From a virus: 64,000 bases of DNA. Made by a program: the position numbers and the translations under genes. The stretch spans positions 32,001 to 96,000 of the IMG/VR virus record IMGVR_UViG_3300028615_000137; one strand, given 5' to 3'. Within the stretch, counting starts at the first letter, position 1. Each line of letters starts with the position of its first letter. Below the pieces are notes generated by a model, which ran no database searches, was not told the DNA's origin, and worked only from the letters and a program-made list of their open reading frames with translations. Shown one piece after another: positions 21,210 to 31,450 of this stretch.

Positions 21210-21839
21210 ATGGCAATCCAATTTATAGATCCTTCCAACGACGCAGAAGAAAGAGCCAAGAGAAACGATTTGAGTAATCGTTTTAGCAGCGCTGGTTCTA
21301 AGCGTATACAAAGAGTCTATTTTAGAGATTTGCGGCGAAAAGTAGATATAGTGTTGCCATATGTGCCTAATAAAGTATCAGAAACAATTCTAGTAGATTG
21401 GGTCCGACACAATGTAGTTGGTATGTCACATCAACCGTTGCATTATGTGGGAACGCAAAATCATAGTTTTGATTCCTTGGAACTATTCTTCAAAGCTGAA
21501 AGTACAGAAGATGTTACTAACATTGCCGAAGGGCGACGAAACTTAATGGCAGCTTGTTACCCTCTTAATGTCAACACAGACGTTGAAAGGGGTTCAGCTT
21601 CTAGATTGCTATTTATTTGGCCAAATTTATTCTCTATGACTTGTGTAATAAAAAGTCTCAGAATTACACATGAAAAATTCAATCATGAAGGTCAGCCGGT
21701 CCAATTTAGAGCCGTACTTTCCTTGGAAGAAATAAGAGATGTAAGATTAGGTTCCGAAGAAGTTGCAAACTTTGGAACGAACAGAAGTGAAACTACCAGT
21801 TCGACAGACCCATTCGACCCTAACTTAAATTTCGAATAA
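21210..21839 (+). CDS. Tube-initiator/baseplate-tail junction protein
   Basis: P..VSE...V.W....VVG..HQPLHY.GT...LFIWP...CVI.SL...E.F tube-fold pattern, located after TMP. Confidence 0.65.
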   Translation: MAIQFIDPSNDAEERAKRNDLSNRFSSAGSKRIQRVYFRDLRRKVDIVLPYVPNKVSETILVDWVRHNVVGMSHQPLHYVGTQNHSFDSLELFFKAESTEDVTNIAEGRRNLMAACYPLNVNTDVERGSASRLLFIWPNLFSMTCVIKSLRITHEKFNHEGQPVQFRAVLSLEEIRDVRLGSEEVANFGTNRSETTSSTDPFDPNLNFE

Positions 21840-22180
21840 TGCCTCCCAGAAAATATTCAAAATTTACATTCAGCGATGGATATAATTTCGACGAAGAAAA
21901 GGTGATTCTTACTACACCCTTTCCTTTTCGTTATAAAAATTTCAAAGACAATCGCATTTATACTACAAGCGAAGGCGATACTCTATTCCATATTGCAGGA
22001 ATTATGTTCCGAGGCTTACCTAGACCAGTCGGCCTATGGTGGATCATAATGCATTTTCAACCAGAACCTATTCACGACCCTACTATCAAATTTCCCGCTG
22101 GAACCAGATTAGTTATTCCTAGTATAAGAACGGTAGAAGAAGAAATTTTTAACGAAACTAGACGTGATAGAGAAGAATAA
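21839..22180 (+). CDS. LysM-like baseplate wedge protein (gpX/gp53-like)
   Basis: YTTSEGDTLFHIA...LWWII....DP...AGTRLVIP. Confidence 0.8.
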   Translation: MPPRKYSKFTFSDGYNFDEEKVILTTPFPFRYKNFKDNRIYTTSEGDTLFHIAGIMFRGLPRPVGLWWIIMHFQPEPIHDPTIKFPAGTRLVIPSIRTVEEEIFNETRRDREE

Positions 22181-23502
22181 TGACTTATGATGCACCATAT
22201 TACACCATTAAAGTGGTGCCAAAAAATGGCGATCCTGTAAGGGTTGTTACAGACAAAATTAAATCTTTTAGATTTTTGGATGCTGAAAGAAAGACTGATA
22301 CATGTACCTTTACAGTAGATAATTTCAACTTAGAAAATTTTGACGATCCTTTGTTTCGCAAAGGACAACATTTAGAAATAAGTTGGGGTTACAAAGGCCG
22401 TTCTGCCCTGACAAGAAAAGCTTGTATAGTAAAAGTTAGCGGCTTTCACATACTCACTGTAGAAGCACGTTCTATTTCTATCATCATGAATACGGAACAA
22501 AAAACTCGTTGCTTCGAGAATATGACAGATTCTCAAGTTGTTAGAAAAATTCTAAACGACGATTATCCAGGAATTTTTGCACAGAGAGAACTTTTCATCC
22601 AAGAAACCAATGAAGTCGAAGAAGTGATTACGCAAGCTGGTAAAACAGACGCGCAAATGTTTCGCCGCTTAGCTGCGAGAAATGGTTACGAATTCTACGT
22701 CGACCACGAAGGGTTTCACTGGAAGCCTAGAAACCTAAACCAACGACCTATCAGAACTTATACTTGGTACGGTCCAAACAATAATCTTGGTGCCATCTTA
22801 GATTATCCTACAATAGAAAATGATATTACTGGAAAATTAGTACATGTAGTAACAAAAAGTAGAAATCCGGAAACCAAAAAAGATGTCACTGTAGAAACTG
22901 GTCAAGACGACGAAGATATCCTTTCCTTGTCCGAAGGCGCAGATATTTGCGATAATTACACAAAAGAAGATTGCAAGAGATTAATAGAATCTAGAGTTGC
23001 TAAAAAGCAAATAAGAAACACTCAATCTACGTCAGAATCTAGAGCAAAAAAAGAAAATGTTGCTAGAATAAAGCGTTCTACACATTTGACAATAAAGATG
23101 ACCTTAACTGTTCTCGGCGATCCTTTCGTCTACGCCAAGAGTGTGGTTCAAATTTTCGGAATGGGGAAGCGCTTATCAAATCTATATTATGTCACCGATG
23201 TTGAACACGTTATAGACCAAAGTGGTTACAAGACAATTTTGAAATTAAAAGGTGATGGCCACGGTGGCTGGGCCAAGCGGAGTAAATTGGCAGTTGGCCT
23301 TAGCCATATTGATAACGGCGATAAAAAGAGAAACCCAAAAAATAACAAAAGAAAACAAGAAGATCCGGGGCAAAGTACAGAAGATACAAGACTCAACCCT
23401 GTTACATTGTCGAGCGACAATTACGAAAATAGTAAAAAGGTCACACAATATATACAATCTAATGCTGTTCAACAATCTGTTCCGGAAAGCGATGTATGCT
23501 AA
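22180..23502 (+). CDS. Baseplate hub protein (late control D / gp27-like)
   Basis: LEISWGY, QAGKTDAQMFRRLAARNGYEFYV, GDP....V.I.G.G.RLS..YYVTDVEH. Confidence 0.85.
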   Translation: MTYDAPYYTIKVVPKNGDPVRVVTDKIKSFRFLDAERKTDTCTFTVDNFNLENFDDPLFRKGQHLEISWGYKGRSALTRKACIVKVSGFHILTVEARSISIIMNTEQKTRCFENMTDSQVVRKILNDDYPGIFAQRELFIQETNEVEEVITQAGKTDAQMFRRLAARNGYEFYVDHEGFHWKPRNLNQRPIRTYTWYGPNNNLGAILDYPTIENDITGKLVHVVTKSRNPETKKDVTVETGQDDEDILSLSEGADICDNYTKEDCKRLIESRVAKKQIRNTQSTSESRAKKENVARIKRSTHLTIKMTLTVLGDPFVYAKSVVQIFGMGKRLSNLYYVTDVEHVIDQSGYKTILKLKGDGHGGWAKRSKLAVGLSHIDNGDKKRNPKNNKRKQEDPGQSTEDTRLNPVTLSSDNYENSKKVTQYIQSNAVQQSVPESDVC

Positions 23503-24086
23503 TTACTAGAGACCCAGTATTAGAACCAGGTGAACCGTTATATGGTTTGTATGTCGGTTCGATTGTAAATCGCAACGATCCTAAAGGTTTGGGTCGTGTC
23601 AGAGTACATATACCAGGAATTACAGCACCGGAAGGAAGTGCTTGGGCTTGGCCTTTGGGCCAATCTGGCTCAGGTGGCGGTTCTATAAACGGTCAAAAAT
23701 CTAGGCAAGGATTCTTCAACATCCCAGAATTGGGCGCCGAAGTTGCGGTATTATTCAACCAAGGCGACGAAGATTACCCATATTATTTGACAGGAAACTG
23801 GGGAAGAGACGAAGTACCGGAAGCCACGGAAGGCGGAAATCCGGACATCCGAGTCATGGAATTTGGTCAATATGCCATTGTAATCGATGACAGGCCAGAG
23901 ACTAGGAGTTTTGCCATTTTAGACAAAGACGGAGATGCGAGGGTAGAATTTAATGGTGTAACCAAACAAATGCTAATAGAAACGCCCACTTCTATAACTC
24001 TTCGAGCAACTGGAGAGATAGAACTGGACGCTTTGAATATTGTACTTAATGGAAGGCCAGTTTTGGTCTCGGATGATCCAATATAA
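23496..24086 (+). CDS. Baseplate central spike (gpV/gp5 OB-fold)
   Basis: G.IVNRNDPKGLGRVRV..P...WAWP...IPELGAEVAVLFNQGD..YPYYL.G. Confidence 0.9.
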   Translation: MLITRDPVLEPGEPLYGLYVGSIVNRNDPKGLGRVRVHIPGITAPEGSAWAWPLGQSGSGGGSINGQKSRQGFFNIPELGAEVAVLFNQGDEDYPYYLTGNWGRDEVPEATEGGNPDIRVMEFGQYAIVIDDRPETRSFAILDKDGDARVEFNGVTKQMLIETPTSITLRATGEIELDALNIVLNGRPVLVSDDPI

Positions 24087-24799
24087 TGGCGGCGAATCAA
24101 GTCATAGTAAATTGTCCGGATTTACCAGTAGTAGCTAGGGATAAATGTCTAAGATTTCCCGGTGGCGTAGAAATTTGTCCAAACTTACCAGATTTAGTAC
24201 CCAATGGCACGCAAATTGCAAGTAGCATTCTTTCACAAGCCAATGCTGCGTTAGCCCCTTTGTCTCCAATCTTCACTATCATAGAAGTGGTCATAGCCAT
24301 TATGGAAGTGCTCAAAGCCATTCCTAAGGCCATTTCTCAACTTTCCCCTAGTCCGATACTAAGTGCTCTGAGTGATGCTATCAAAGCGGCTGCTAAGTTG
24401 CTTAAATTGCTACCCGTATTGTCTATTCCGTCCACAGTATACGATTTAATTAGTTGTGTAATCGATCAACTAAAAGCATTACAAATTGAGTTGGGTAGAT
24501 TACTATCACAAAGTTTAAAAATTACTGCCGCTAGAGCTGATGCCGTAGGTAATGTTCCTCTAATTGCCCTTATCGATTGCGCTGAAGGAAACTTAAATGT
24601 TCAATTTTTGAACATGAAAGAAAGATACGAGCCACTACTTAGATTAGTAAGTATCATTAACGATTTACTAGATCTAATCGGTCTACCCCCATTACCACTG
24701 GTTCAATTGGGAGACAGTATCGAAGAAGCCTTAGAAATTATCGACCCTCTTGTGAGCACATTAGAATCTGCTCGGGATGCTATTCCTCTTGCCTGTTGA
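24086..24799 (+). CDS. Hydrophobic helical baseplate-associated protein
   Basis: 237 aa, Leu/Ile/Pro-rich amphipathic helices; coupled to the spike gene. Confidence 0.6.
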   Translation: MAANQVIVNCPDLPVVARDKCLRFPGGVEICPNLPDLVPNGTQIASSILSQANAALAPLSPIFTIIEVVIAIMEVLKAIPKAISQLSPSPILSALSDAIKAAAKLLKLLPVLSIPSTVYDLISCVIDQLKALQIELGRLLSQSLKITAARADAVGNVPLIALIDCAEGNLNVQFLNMKERYEPLLRLVSIINDLLDLIGLPPLPLVQLGDSIEEALEIIDPLVSTLESARDAIPLAC

Positions 24800-25301
24800 A
24801 TCTAAATATACTCTCGTTACTCCTTCTGGTAGCAGTCCTGGATCAGGCTCTACTAGTATTCCATCATTACCATCTTTTCCAGAATTTATTGGTAAAGGAT
24901 TAATTACACCATTTCTACGTGCATCGAACGACATTCAAAATAGCGATTCTATCGACGTCATTCAATCGAATATTTCTCAAATTTTAGGCACTAGGAAAAA
25001 CGACGAGGTAAAAGCTGGAGAATTGCCCTGGAGAGATGACTTCGGTTCCCTATTGTATGAATTACGTCATGTACAAAACGACGTAATTGCTCAAGAATTG
25101 GCAAAAGTACATGTAATAGATGCTATATCCAGATGGGAACCGAGGGTAAGAATCAAAAGAGTCTTTCTCGATCGTGTCAAGGATAAAGAAAATAACGAGA
25201 CAATTTTGGAAATAAAAATTTTGTACGATATAGTGTCGACAAATCCGAATCGAAACAATGTAATCGTACCAGATGTGAATCAAACTATTTTTACATCTTA
25301 G
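24777..25301 (+). CDS. Baseplate sheath initiator (GPW/gp25 family)
   Basis: I.QILGTR...GELPWRDDFGS.L...AISRWEPRVRI. Confidence 0.9.
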   Translation: MLFLLPVESKYTLVTPSGSSPGSGSTSIPSLPSFPEFIGKGLITPFLRASNDIQNSDSIDVIQSNISQILGTRKNDEVKAGELPWRDDFGSLLYELRHVQNDVIAQELAKVHVIDAISRWEPRVRIKRVFLDRVKDKENNETILEIKILYDIVSTNPNRNNVIVPDVNQTIFTS

Positions 25302-25329
25302 TGTTACAATAATAAGAATAGTTGTACTT

Positions 25330-26835
25330 ATGGCAATTTTAGGACAAAACACAGATTATACGGATGCCGATTTCGATTCGTTACGAATTCGTCTATTCAA
25401 TTTGATTCAGTCCGTGTTTCCGGATTGGACAGAACAAAATGTTGCAAATTTCGGCAATATTTTGATCGAATTATATGCTTTCGTGGGCGACGTTTTGTGT
25501 ACTTATCAAAACAACCAAGCACTAGAATCTAGATGGACCTTAACCACACAGCGCAAGAATCTGGTCGCTTTAGCTAAGCTAATTGGTTATACCCCCTCTG
25601 GAGCTACTGCGTCTCAAGTAGATTTAAATATTTCTATCAATTCTGTAGCTCCTGCCGATGTTGACTATCCGGCGGGTAGCATTTTCAGAACTTCTGATAT
25701 AGTCAATCCAGTTACGTTTCGATTGTTAAACGACGAGACTATTACAGCTGGGCAACTTTCTATAACTGCAACCGCGGAAAATTCCGAACCACACGAAGAA
25801 ATTTTTGACTCGACAGAAAAACCAGATCAAAAAATAACATTAACAGCTACACCGTTCTTAGACGATTCGGAAGAAATCGTAGCCGACAACGGGACTTACG
25901 AAAAAGTAGATAGCTTTTTAGATAGTGCATCTACCGATTTGCATTATACCGTTTCCGTGAATCAAAACGATAAAGCTACCATCACTTTCGGCAATGGAAT
26001 ATCTGGCGCTATTCCCGTCGGTGCAATAGCTATAAATTATAAAACTGGTGGTGGTACGGCAGGTCAAGTAGATGCTAATACGGTTACTATTGTTCAAGGC
26101 TCGTATTCGGACAATTTGGGCAACCCCGTTATTACTTCTGTAAACAACCCCAGTCCATCTACGCCCGCTGTAGACAGAGAAAATATTGCACAAATAAAAG
26201 TTGCTGCGCCCAATTCGATCAAAGTGGTAAATCGAACAGTGGCCAGAGAAGATTTCGAAATCAATGCCAATAAGCTATCTTCCGTGGCTCGCTCTTTGAT
26301 GTTGACTTCGGACCAAGATCCTTCCATCGACGAGAACACCGGTTTCTTGTTTGTCATTCCTGAAGGCGGAGGCTTGCCAACTCAACAAATTAAAGACGAT
26401 GTATTGGCTCAAGTTACTGAAACTTTTCCAAGTACTTTAACCTTTCAAGTTAATGTCGTCGATCCGTTATATTTTCCAGTCGACGTAGCTGCTACAATTT
26501 ATTTTACCCCTGGCAGTAATCCAGAAACTGTGAAAAATTCGATCATTACTAATCTGACTAATTACTTTGCAATAAAAAATTCCGATGGCACTATAAACGA
26601 AAACGTTGGGTTTGGATATGACTTCGTAGAAGAAGTAGGAGCTTCTACAGGCGCATTACCCCTGTCAGATATTTACAACGTTGTCAGAGATACAATAGGC
26701 GTTAGAAAAATTTCTTCCATACCGAACGATTTCACATTGAACGAAGTGCATGCTGATGTCGAATTCTTGCTAAAAGAATTCGTTACTCTCGGCGAAGTTA
26801 CGATCATTAACGGAGATACTGGTAGCCAAGTTTAA
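25330..26835 (+). CDS. Baseplate wedge protein (J/gp6-like)
   Basis: DYTDADFDSL...FPDWT...G.ILIEL.A; FGNGISGAIP..YKTGGG..G; RTVAREDFE. Confidence 0.9.
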   Translation: MAILGQNTDYTDADFDSLRIRLFNLIQSVFPDWTEQNVANFGNILIELYAFVGDVLCTYQNNQALESRWTLTTQRKNLVALAKLIGYTPSGATASQVDLNISINSVAPADVDYPAGSIFRTSDIVNPVTFRLLNDETITAGQLSITATAENSEPHEEIFDSTEKPDQKITLTATPFLDDSEEIVADNGTYEKVDSFLDSASTDLHYTVSVNQNDKATITFGNGISGAIPVGAIAINYKTGGGTAGQVDANTVTIVQGSYSDNLGNPVITSVNNPSPSTPAVDRENIAQIKVAAPNSIKVVNRTVAREDFEINANKLSSVARSLMLTSDQDPSIDENTGFLFVIPEGGGLPTQQIKDDVLAQVTETFPSTLTFQVNVVDPLYFPVDVAATIYFTPGSNPETVKNSIITNLTNYFAIKNSDGTINENVGFGYDFVEEVGASTGALPLSDIYNVVRDTIGVRKISSIPNDFTLNEVHADVEFLLKEFVTLGEVTIINGDTGSQV

Positions 26836-28382
26836 TGCCAAACACTTTCCAAAACAAAAGCTTCGAAGCTGAAAATCCATCTTTGCTCGGCACGCCTGAA
26901 GATTGGAACGAGAGTGTTGTTTCTAACGGCATGCGACAAGCTTTGTACGGAATTGGCGAAGGACCGGATTATAAACCGCCTTATGAACAATTTGAGAACG
27001 ATTGGAACAATCTATCTTACTTGTTTTTGTTCGACGATTTAGACTTAGACGTAGCTACATACGATTCTTCGATAGTTTTGGAAGATTTTGAAGACTATGA
27101 AGAAGGTTGGTTTAACAATCAAGATTATCTATTTGAGCTGGTTTCGATCCAAGCTTTCGTAAATGACGGTCAAGCTTTCATAGATAGTAGTATTTCAGAT
27201 ACTTATAATCTTCCCGATGGAACGAATCATTCTATCACTACTGATTTAGGTACAGCCAACACGGGGACGATTGTTGGCGATATTGCGAAATATACCACTT
27301 CTGGATTTACGGATCCTACTCTATTTTCTGGCCAAGAATCGATAGATATAACAATTGGCACAATTTTCGAAGCAGAAACTAGAACAGTAATCTTCTTTAT
27401 TGCAGATCAAACCATTAACGATGTGGTCACCAGGATAAACAACGTTATCAACCCTCTTGTTGGAACTTCAATTGGGGAAGCGTTTATAGACGGCTCCGAA
27501 ATTCGTTTCGAGGCAATAGAAAAGGGGACCGATAGCTTTCTTTTGATTGAGGGAGACCCGGCTGTAATGACCATTTTAGGTCTAGCTTCCTTTCCGCCGC
27601 AGGGAGTTAATGGTACTGGTAACGTAGGTAATTTATCTGAAATAACTACTGAAGATTTAATCAACGCTCTGAATACTCCCGCGCTTGAAACTATCGGTGT
27701 AGGAATAACATACGGAGAAAGCACCGATGTTCTTAGATTTTCCAGAACACAACATGGTACAGGGACTATAGAATTTGATTCTCCTGGTAGCGACCTTACT
27801 ACTGCTTTAGGCATAACAACGGGTGTTACTGTCGGACCTACAGGAATTTCTCCTGTCGACGAAACAACTTTTGAACAAGAGTGGAACAATACCGATTACG
27901 ATTTTGCTATTGGTTCGCTGGACGCCGCAGGAACGCAAACTTTCGAGCCCGGCAACGGTTGGTCTAATGATACATATCAATATGTACTTGGTAGCACAGA
28001 TAGAGCCGAATATTACAACGATACGAGAGACCAGGAAGATTTCGAAGATTTGGCTTCTCCATTCGACTTTATTAGCACCCTACCCAACTTTGCTATAGGT
28101 GAAATTACTATCCCAAGCCATGGCCTTAACGTGGGTGAAAGAGTAGCATTCCTAAATGAAGGTGGAAGATTACCGAGTGGTATGTCAGATAGTCCGGTAG
28201 AATCTGGTGAAGGTGGGAAAACAGAATATCCTTATGTAGTAGAATCTGTTGTTACACCAAATATAATCACTTTGAACAGTTTTGTAGGTGGGCCATTAGT
28301 CACATTTGACGATGCTGGCACCGGTGTACACTATCTTCTGAAAGATACTAACCTTTACTGGACGAAAAAACTAAACATTTAA
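26835..28382 (+). CDS. Acidic baseplate-associated structural protein
   Basis: 515 aa; FE..WNN repeats; central domain resembles the sheath insertion. Confidence 0.6.
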   Translation: MPNTFQNKSFEAENPSLLGTPEDWNESVVSNGMRQALYGIGEGPDYKPPYEQFENDWNNLSYLFLFDDLDLDVATYDSSIVLEDFEDYEEGWFNNQDYLFELVSIQAFVNDGQAFIDSSISDTYNLPDGTNHSITTDLGTANTGTIVGDIAKYTTSGFTDPTLFSGQESIDITIGTIFEAETRTVIFFIADQTINDVVTRINNVINPLVGTSIGEAFIDGSEIRFEAIEKGTDSFLLIEGDPAVMTILGLASFPPQGVNGTGNVGNLSEITTEDLINALNTPALETIGVGITYGESTDVLRFSRTQHGTGTIEFDSPGSDLTTALGITTGVTVGPTGISPVDETTFEQEWNNTDYDFAIGSLDAAGTQTFEPGNGWSNDTYQYVLGSTDRAEYYNDTRDQEDFEDLASPFDFISTLPNFAIGEITIPSHGLNVGERVAFLNEGGRLPSGMSDSPVESGEGGKTEYPYVVESVVTPNIITLNSFVGGPLVTFDDAGTGVHYLLKDTNLYWTKKLNI

Positions 28383-28394
28383 GGTAAATATAAA

Positions 28395-29111
28395 ATGGCC
28401 GAGAGCGATTACACATTATTGGATGATTCATTGGACATTAGCAGCATCGATAGAGGAGTTACAGCCGGCGTCGCTCCCCCCAATTCTGCTGGCTCCAATA
28501 ACTTTGTCTTTGGTTTCAATTCGAAAGTCACGGCAGACGGCGCGGCAGGTTTGTTTACAAATCAAGTAAATTTTGCGCCGATGACCAAAGGTGGCAGTAT
28601 CCGCGGAGCTATTAAACGGGGTCTCAGTGGAGGAAATACGGGATTTGCTCCGATGCTATTTCTGGGGCTTCAAGGCACATCCGTTTTAGACAACGGTTAT
28701 ATTCTCGGTATAGCAGACGGGGACCCATCACATATAACCCTCAAAAAGGGTTCATTGGCTACCGGATTACCTGATCTGAATCCGGATCCAGATGGAGCTA
28801 ACGGAATTCTACTTCAAAGTGTTAAGACAGTCGATATCGACGAATGGGTGCACGTTCGTTTAGATATGATTGTTAACACAAACGGCGACGTAATTCTTCA
28901 ATGCTTTGAAAATGATCTAAATGTCAATCCAATCGGCGATCCACCTTCTTGGACTCCCATAGTTGGCATGGAGCAAATAATCGACGACGCTTTGGAAGTT
29001 ACAACGGGTTCTGCCGCTTTCACAAGTGGTAGGGCAGGCTTCGCTTTCCATAGTACAGATATTACCAGACGTGGTTATTTCGATCATATTGAAATTTTTA
29101 GACAACTGTAA
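28395..29111 (+). CDS. Baseplate/fibre-associated protein (lectin-like beta-sandwich)
   Basis: 238 aa; EWVHVRLD...SGRAGF...YFDHIEI. Confidence 0.55.
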   Translation: MAESDYTLLDDSLDISSIDRGVTAGVAPPNSAGSNNFVFGFNSKVTADGAAGLFTNQVNFAPMTKGGSIRGAIKRGLSGGNTGFAPMLFLGLQGTSVLDNGYILGIADGDPSHITLKKGSLATGLPDLNPDPDGANGILLQSVKTVDIDEWVHVRLDMIVNTNGDVILQCFENDLNVNPIGDPPSWTPIVGMEQIIDDALEVTTGSAAFTSGRAGFAFHSTDITRRGYFDHIEIFRQL

Positions 29112-30115
29112 TGGCTACTGAACGCACAGCATTTTATACCGACTTACCAGGAGTCGAACAATCTCGAGTAGAAAATTTAAAAAATTATTCTGCTCCTGAT
29201 GGCGATGCTGTATTATGTCTAGGCAGCGATCAAAAGGGACACCAAAGGCTGTTTAAAGTTGGTGATAGCATAAGCTATTCCCAAACTGCTGATAGAGATG
29301 CTTTAGAAAATATTGTAAAGATACAATCTCGAATCAGAGGTTCTTCAAAGCTACCGATTGTTTCTACAATCACAGAGCCGTTTAACTTAGTAAATGGTGA
29401 CAATATAAACATATTACTCAATGATTCATTGATACCACAAAATGTAATTTTTTCTGACGGAAATTATGGTAGCCCCGCAGTTATATTATCAGCAAATTCC
29501 GAACCATTTACTACTGTACCGGGAGATAACCTAGTAATAGAAGTTAACGGAACTCCTAACGATATCATTTTTGGAGAAGCTGACGTTACTACTGCTGAAA
29601 ATGTTGCAGATGTTATAAACGAACAAATTAGTGGAGCTTATGCGACGGTATATGGTTCAAGTGGGAAAATTCGGCTCGTTACCAGTGCAAAAGGATCTAG
29701 TGAAACTTTAGAAATAACTGGCGGTACCGCTGCTGCAATTTTCAATTTCCCTGGTGGTGTAAACTCTGGTTCTGGTGATATTTCTTCGGCTTTGGCATAC
29801 GAAGTTGTTCAACAGATAAACGAACAGACGACTGGCTTATTAGCCGAAAGTACAGACGAAGGTGAAATTGTAATAAATTCAAACAGGGTTGGTAGAAAGA
29901 ACAAAGTAACGATTATAAGTGGAACAGCACAAAGCAAATTTAACTTTGTACAACTAGCATGGAAGTTTACTCTATTTGCCGATTCGGTAGAACAATTTTC
30001 TATAACATTTGGCCCCGGTAGAGAAAAAGATTTGTTAGATCTTGGTTCACATTTATCTAACATAGGGCCAAATTCTATTGAATTATCCTTTGAACTGAAG
30101 TTGGTGACGATATGA
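29111..30115 (+). CDS. Baseplate-associated structural protein
   Basis: 334 aa; EPF...GDN.. repeats similar to the sheath insertion. Confidence 0.55.
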   Translation: MATERTAFYTDLPGVEQSRVENLKNYSAPDGDAVLCLGSDQKGHQRLFKVGDSISYSQTADRDALENIVKIQSRIRGSSKLPIVSTITEPFNLVNGDNINILLNDSLIPQNVIFSDGNYGSPAVILSANSEPFTTVPGDNLVIEVNGTPNDIIFGEADVTTAENVADVINEQISGAYATVYGSSGKIRLVTSAKGSSETLEITGGTAAAIFNFPGGVNSGSGDISSALAYEVVQQINEQTTGLLAESTDEGEIVINSNRVGRKNKVTIISGTAQSKFNFVQLAWKFTLFADSVEQFSITFGPGREKDLLDLGSHLSNIGPNSIELSFELKLVTI

Positions 30116-31407
30116 GTTTCTATCTAGAGTTACCATCCGTGTATGTCGACGACTTGCAGTTTATGCAAGAAGCTACAGCCTTTTTACTACTCAATAGAAT
30201 TCCGGAACCGACAGAGACGGACGTTGCTAGCGATTCTAGCATCAAATTTACTATAGTAAATACAGATGCGACTGGAATAAGCAATCTCGATGTAGATACT
30301 TTCATAAATTCTGTTCAAGCTATAGATGATGGAAGCTTCATCAACGGCTATTCTGGTTCATTTATTCAAATAGACCCAGATACACTTTCCGTGGAAATTT
30401 TCCCTCCGTCTAACTTCAATTCGTTAGAAGAAGTCGAAGTACAAGTTGTGCACGCAGGCAATCCCGTGCTTTTAGACGAAACTTATTCGTTTTTTGCAGA
30501 GGATTTATCTTCTCCAATAATAGACGAAGTAATTACTCGAGATCAAAAAATAATAAGAGTATCGTTTAGCGAGACTCTGTCGATCGACAACATTTTTGAC
30601 ACATCCAATTATTCTATATTGAGAAGAGATGCAGATTTAAACAACTGCCCCGCTGTCAATCTATCTGTCGTCAACGTAGAACTGATAGAAGATAACGTAA
30701 TCGAAATTGAAACTGATATCGTGATGACCCCTGACGGTCCCTATACTTTAGTCATTTCGAATATTACAGATATTTTCGATAATCCTATTATAGCTCCATT
30801 CAACAATTTCGATTTTCTTGGCTTTGTACCAGAAATTCCCGATGGAAGATTCTTCGATTTATACAGGATGTTGCCTCAAAAGAATCGTGATGAAGATGCA
30901 TCTTTAGATCTTTACCGATTCATAAAATGTCTACAAGAAATTACAAACTTAAATCTGACTTCTGTGGATAGATGGACAAACATTCTAGACCCAGATTTGG
31001 CCCCAGAAAATTATTTAGACGCAATGTTGGCGGATTTGGGTAACCCATTTGATTTTGAACTCGATGTTACTCAAAAGAGAAAATTGATCAAAATTCTGCT
31101 AGCCATCTATAAACAAAAAGGCACTGCTGTAGGCATAATAAACGTAATACGTTTTTTCTTGGGCATCGAAGTAGAAATTGAGACCGCCACTGGAGAAGCC
31201 GTCTTGCTAGGCGAGGGAGTGTTAGGGGGTTCTGGAGTTGGGGAAGAAGGCGATTTCGTCTTAGGTGCGAGTATAGATTTTTTGAAATATTCTTTCATTG
31301 TGATTTCGCCTGTAACACTGGATGCTGGACAAGAAGAAATTTTGGACAAAATTGTAGACTACATGAAACCAGCTCATACACACCATATTGAGACACAACA
31401 ACCATAA
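30112..31407 (+). CDS. Baseplate tail protein I-like with N-terminal Ig domains
   Basis: LDPDLAPENYLD.MLADLG...YKQKGTAVGI..VIR...YMKPAHT. Confidence 0.85.
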   Translation: MSFYLELPSVYVDDLQFMQEATAFLLLNRIPEPTETDVASDSSIKFTIVNTDATGISNLDVDTFINSVQAIDDGSFINGYSGSFIQIDPDTLSVEIFPPSNFNSLEEVEVQVVHAGNPVLLDETYSFFAEDLSSPIIDEVITRDQKIIRVSFSETLSIDNIFDTSNYSILRRDADLNNCPAVNLSVVNVELIEDNVIEIETDIVMTPDGPYTLVISNITDIFDNPIIAPFNNFDFLGFVPEIPDGRFFDLYRMLPQKNRDEDASLDLYRFIKCLQEITNLNLTSVDRWTNILDPDLAPENYLDAMLADLGNPFDFELDVTQKRKLIKILLAIYKQKGTAVGIINVIRFFLGIEVEIETATGEAVLLGEGVLGGSGVGEEGDFVLGASIDFLKYSFIVISPVTLDAGQEEILDKIVDYMKPAHTHHIETQQP

Positions 31408-31450
31408 AATGCGAAAATGTTGTAAAATATATAATATCTGGAGATATTAA

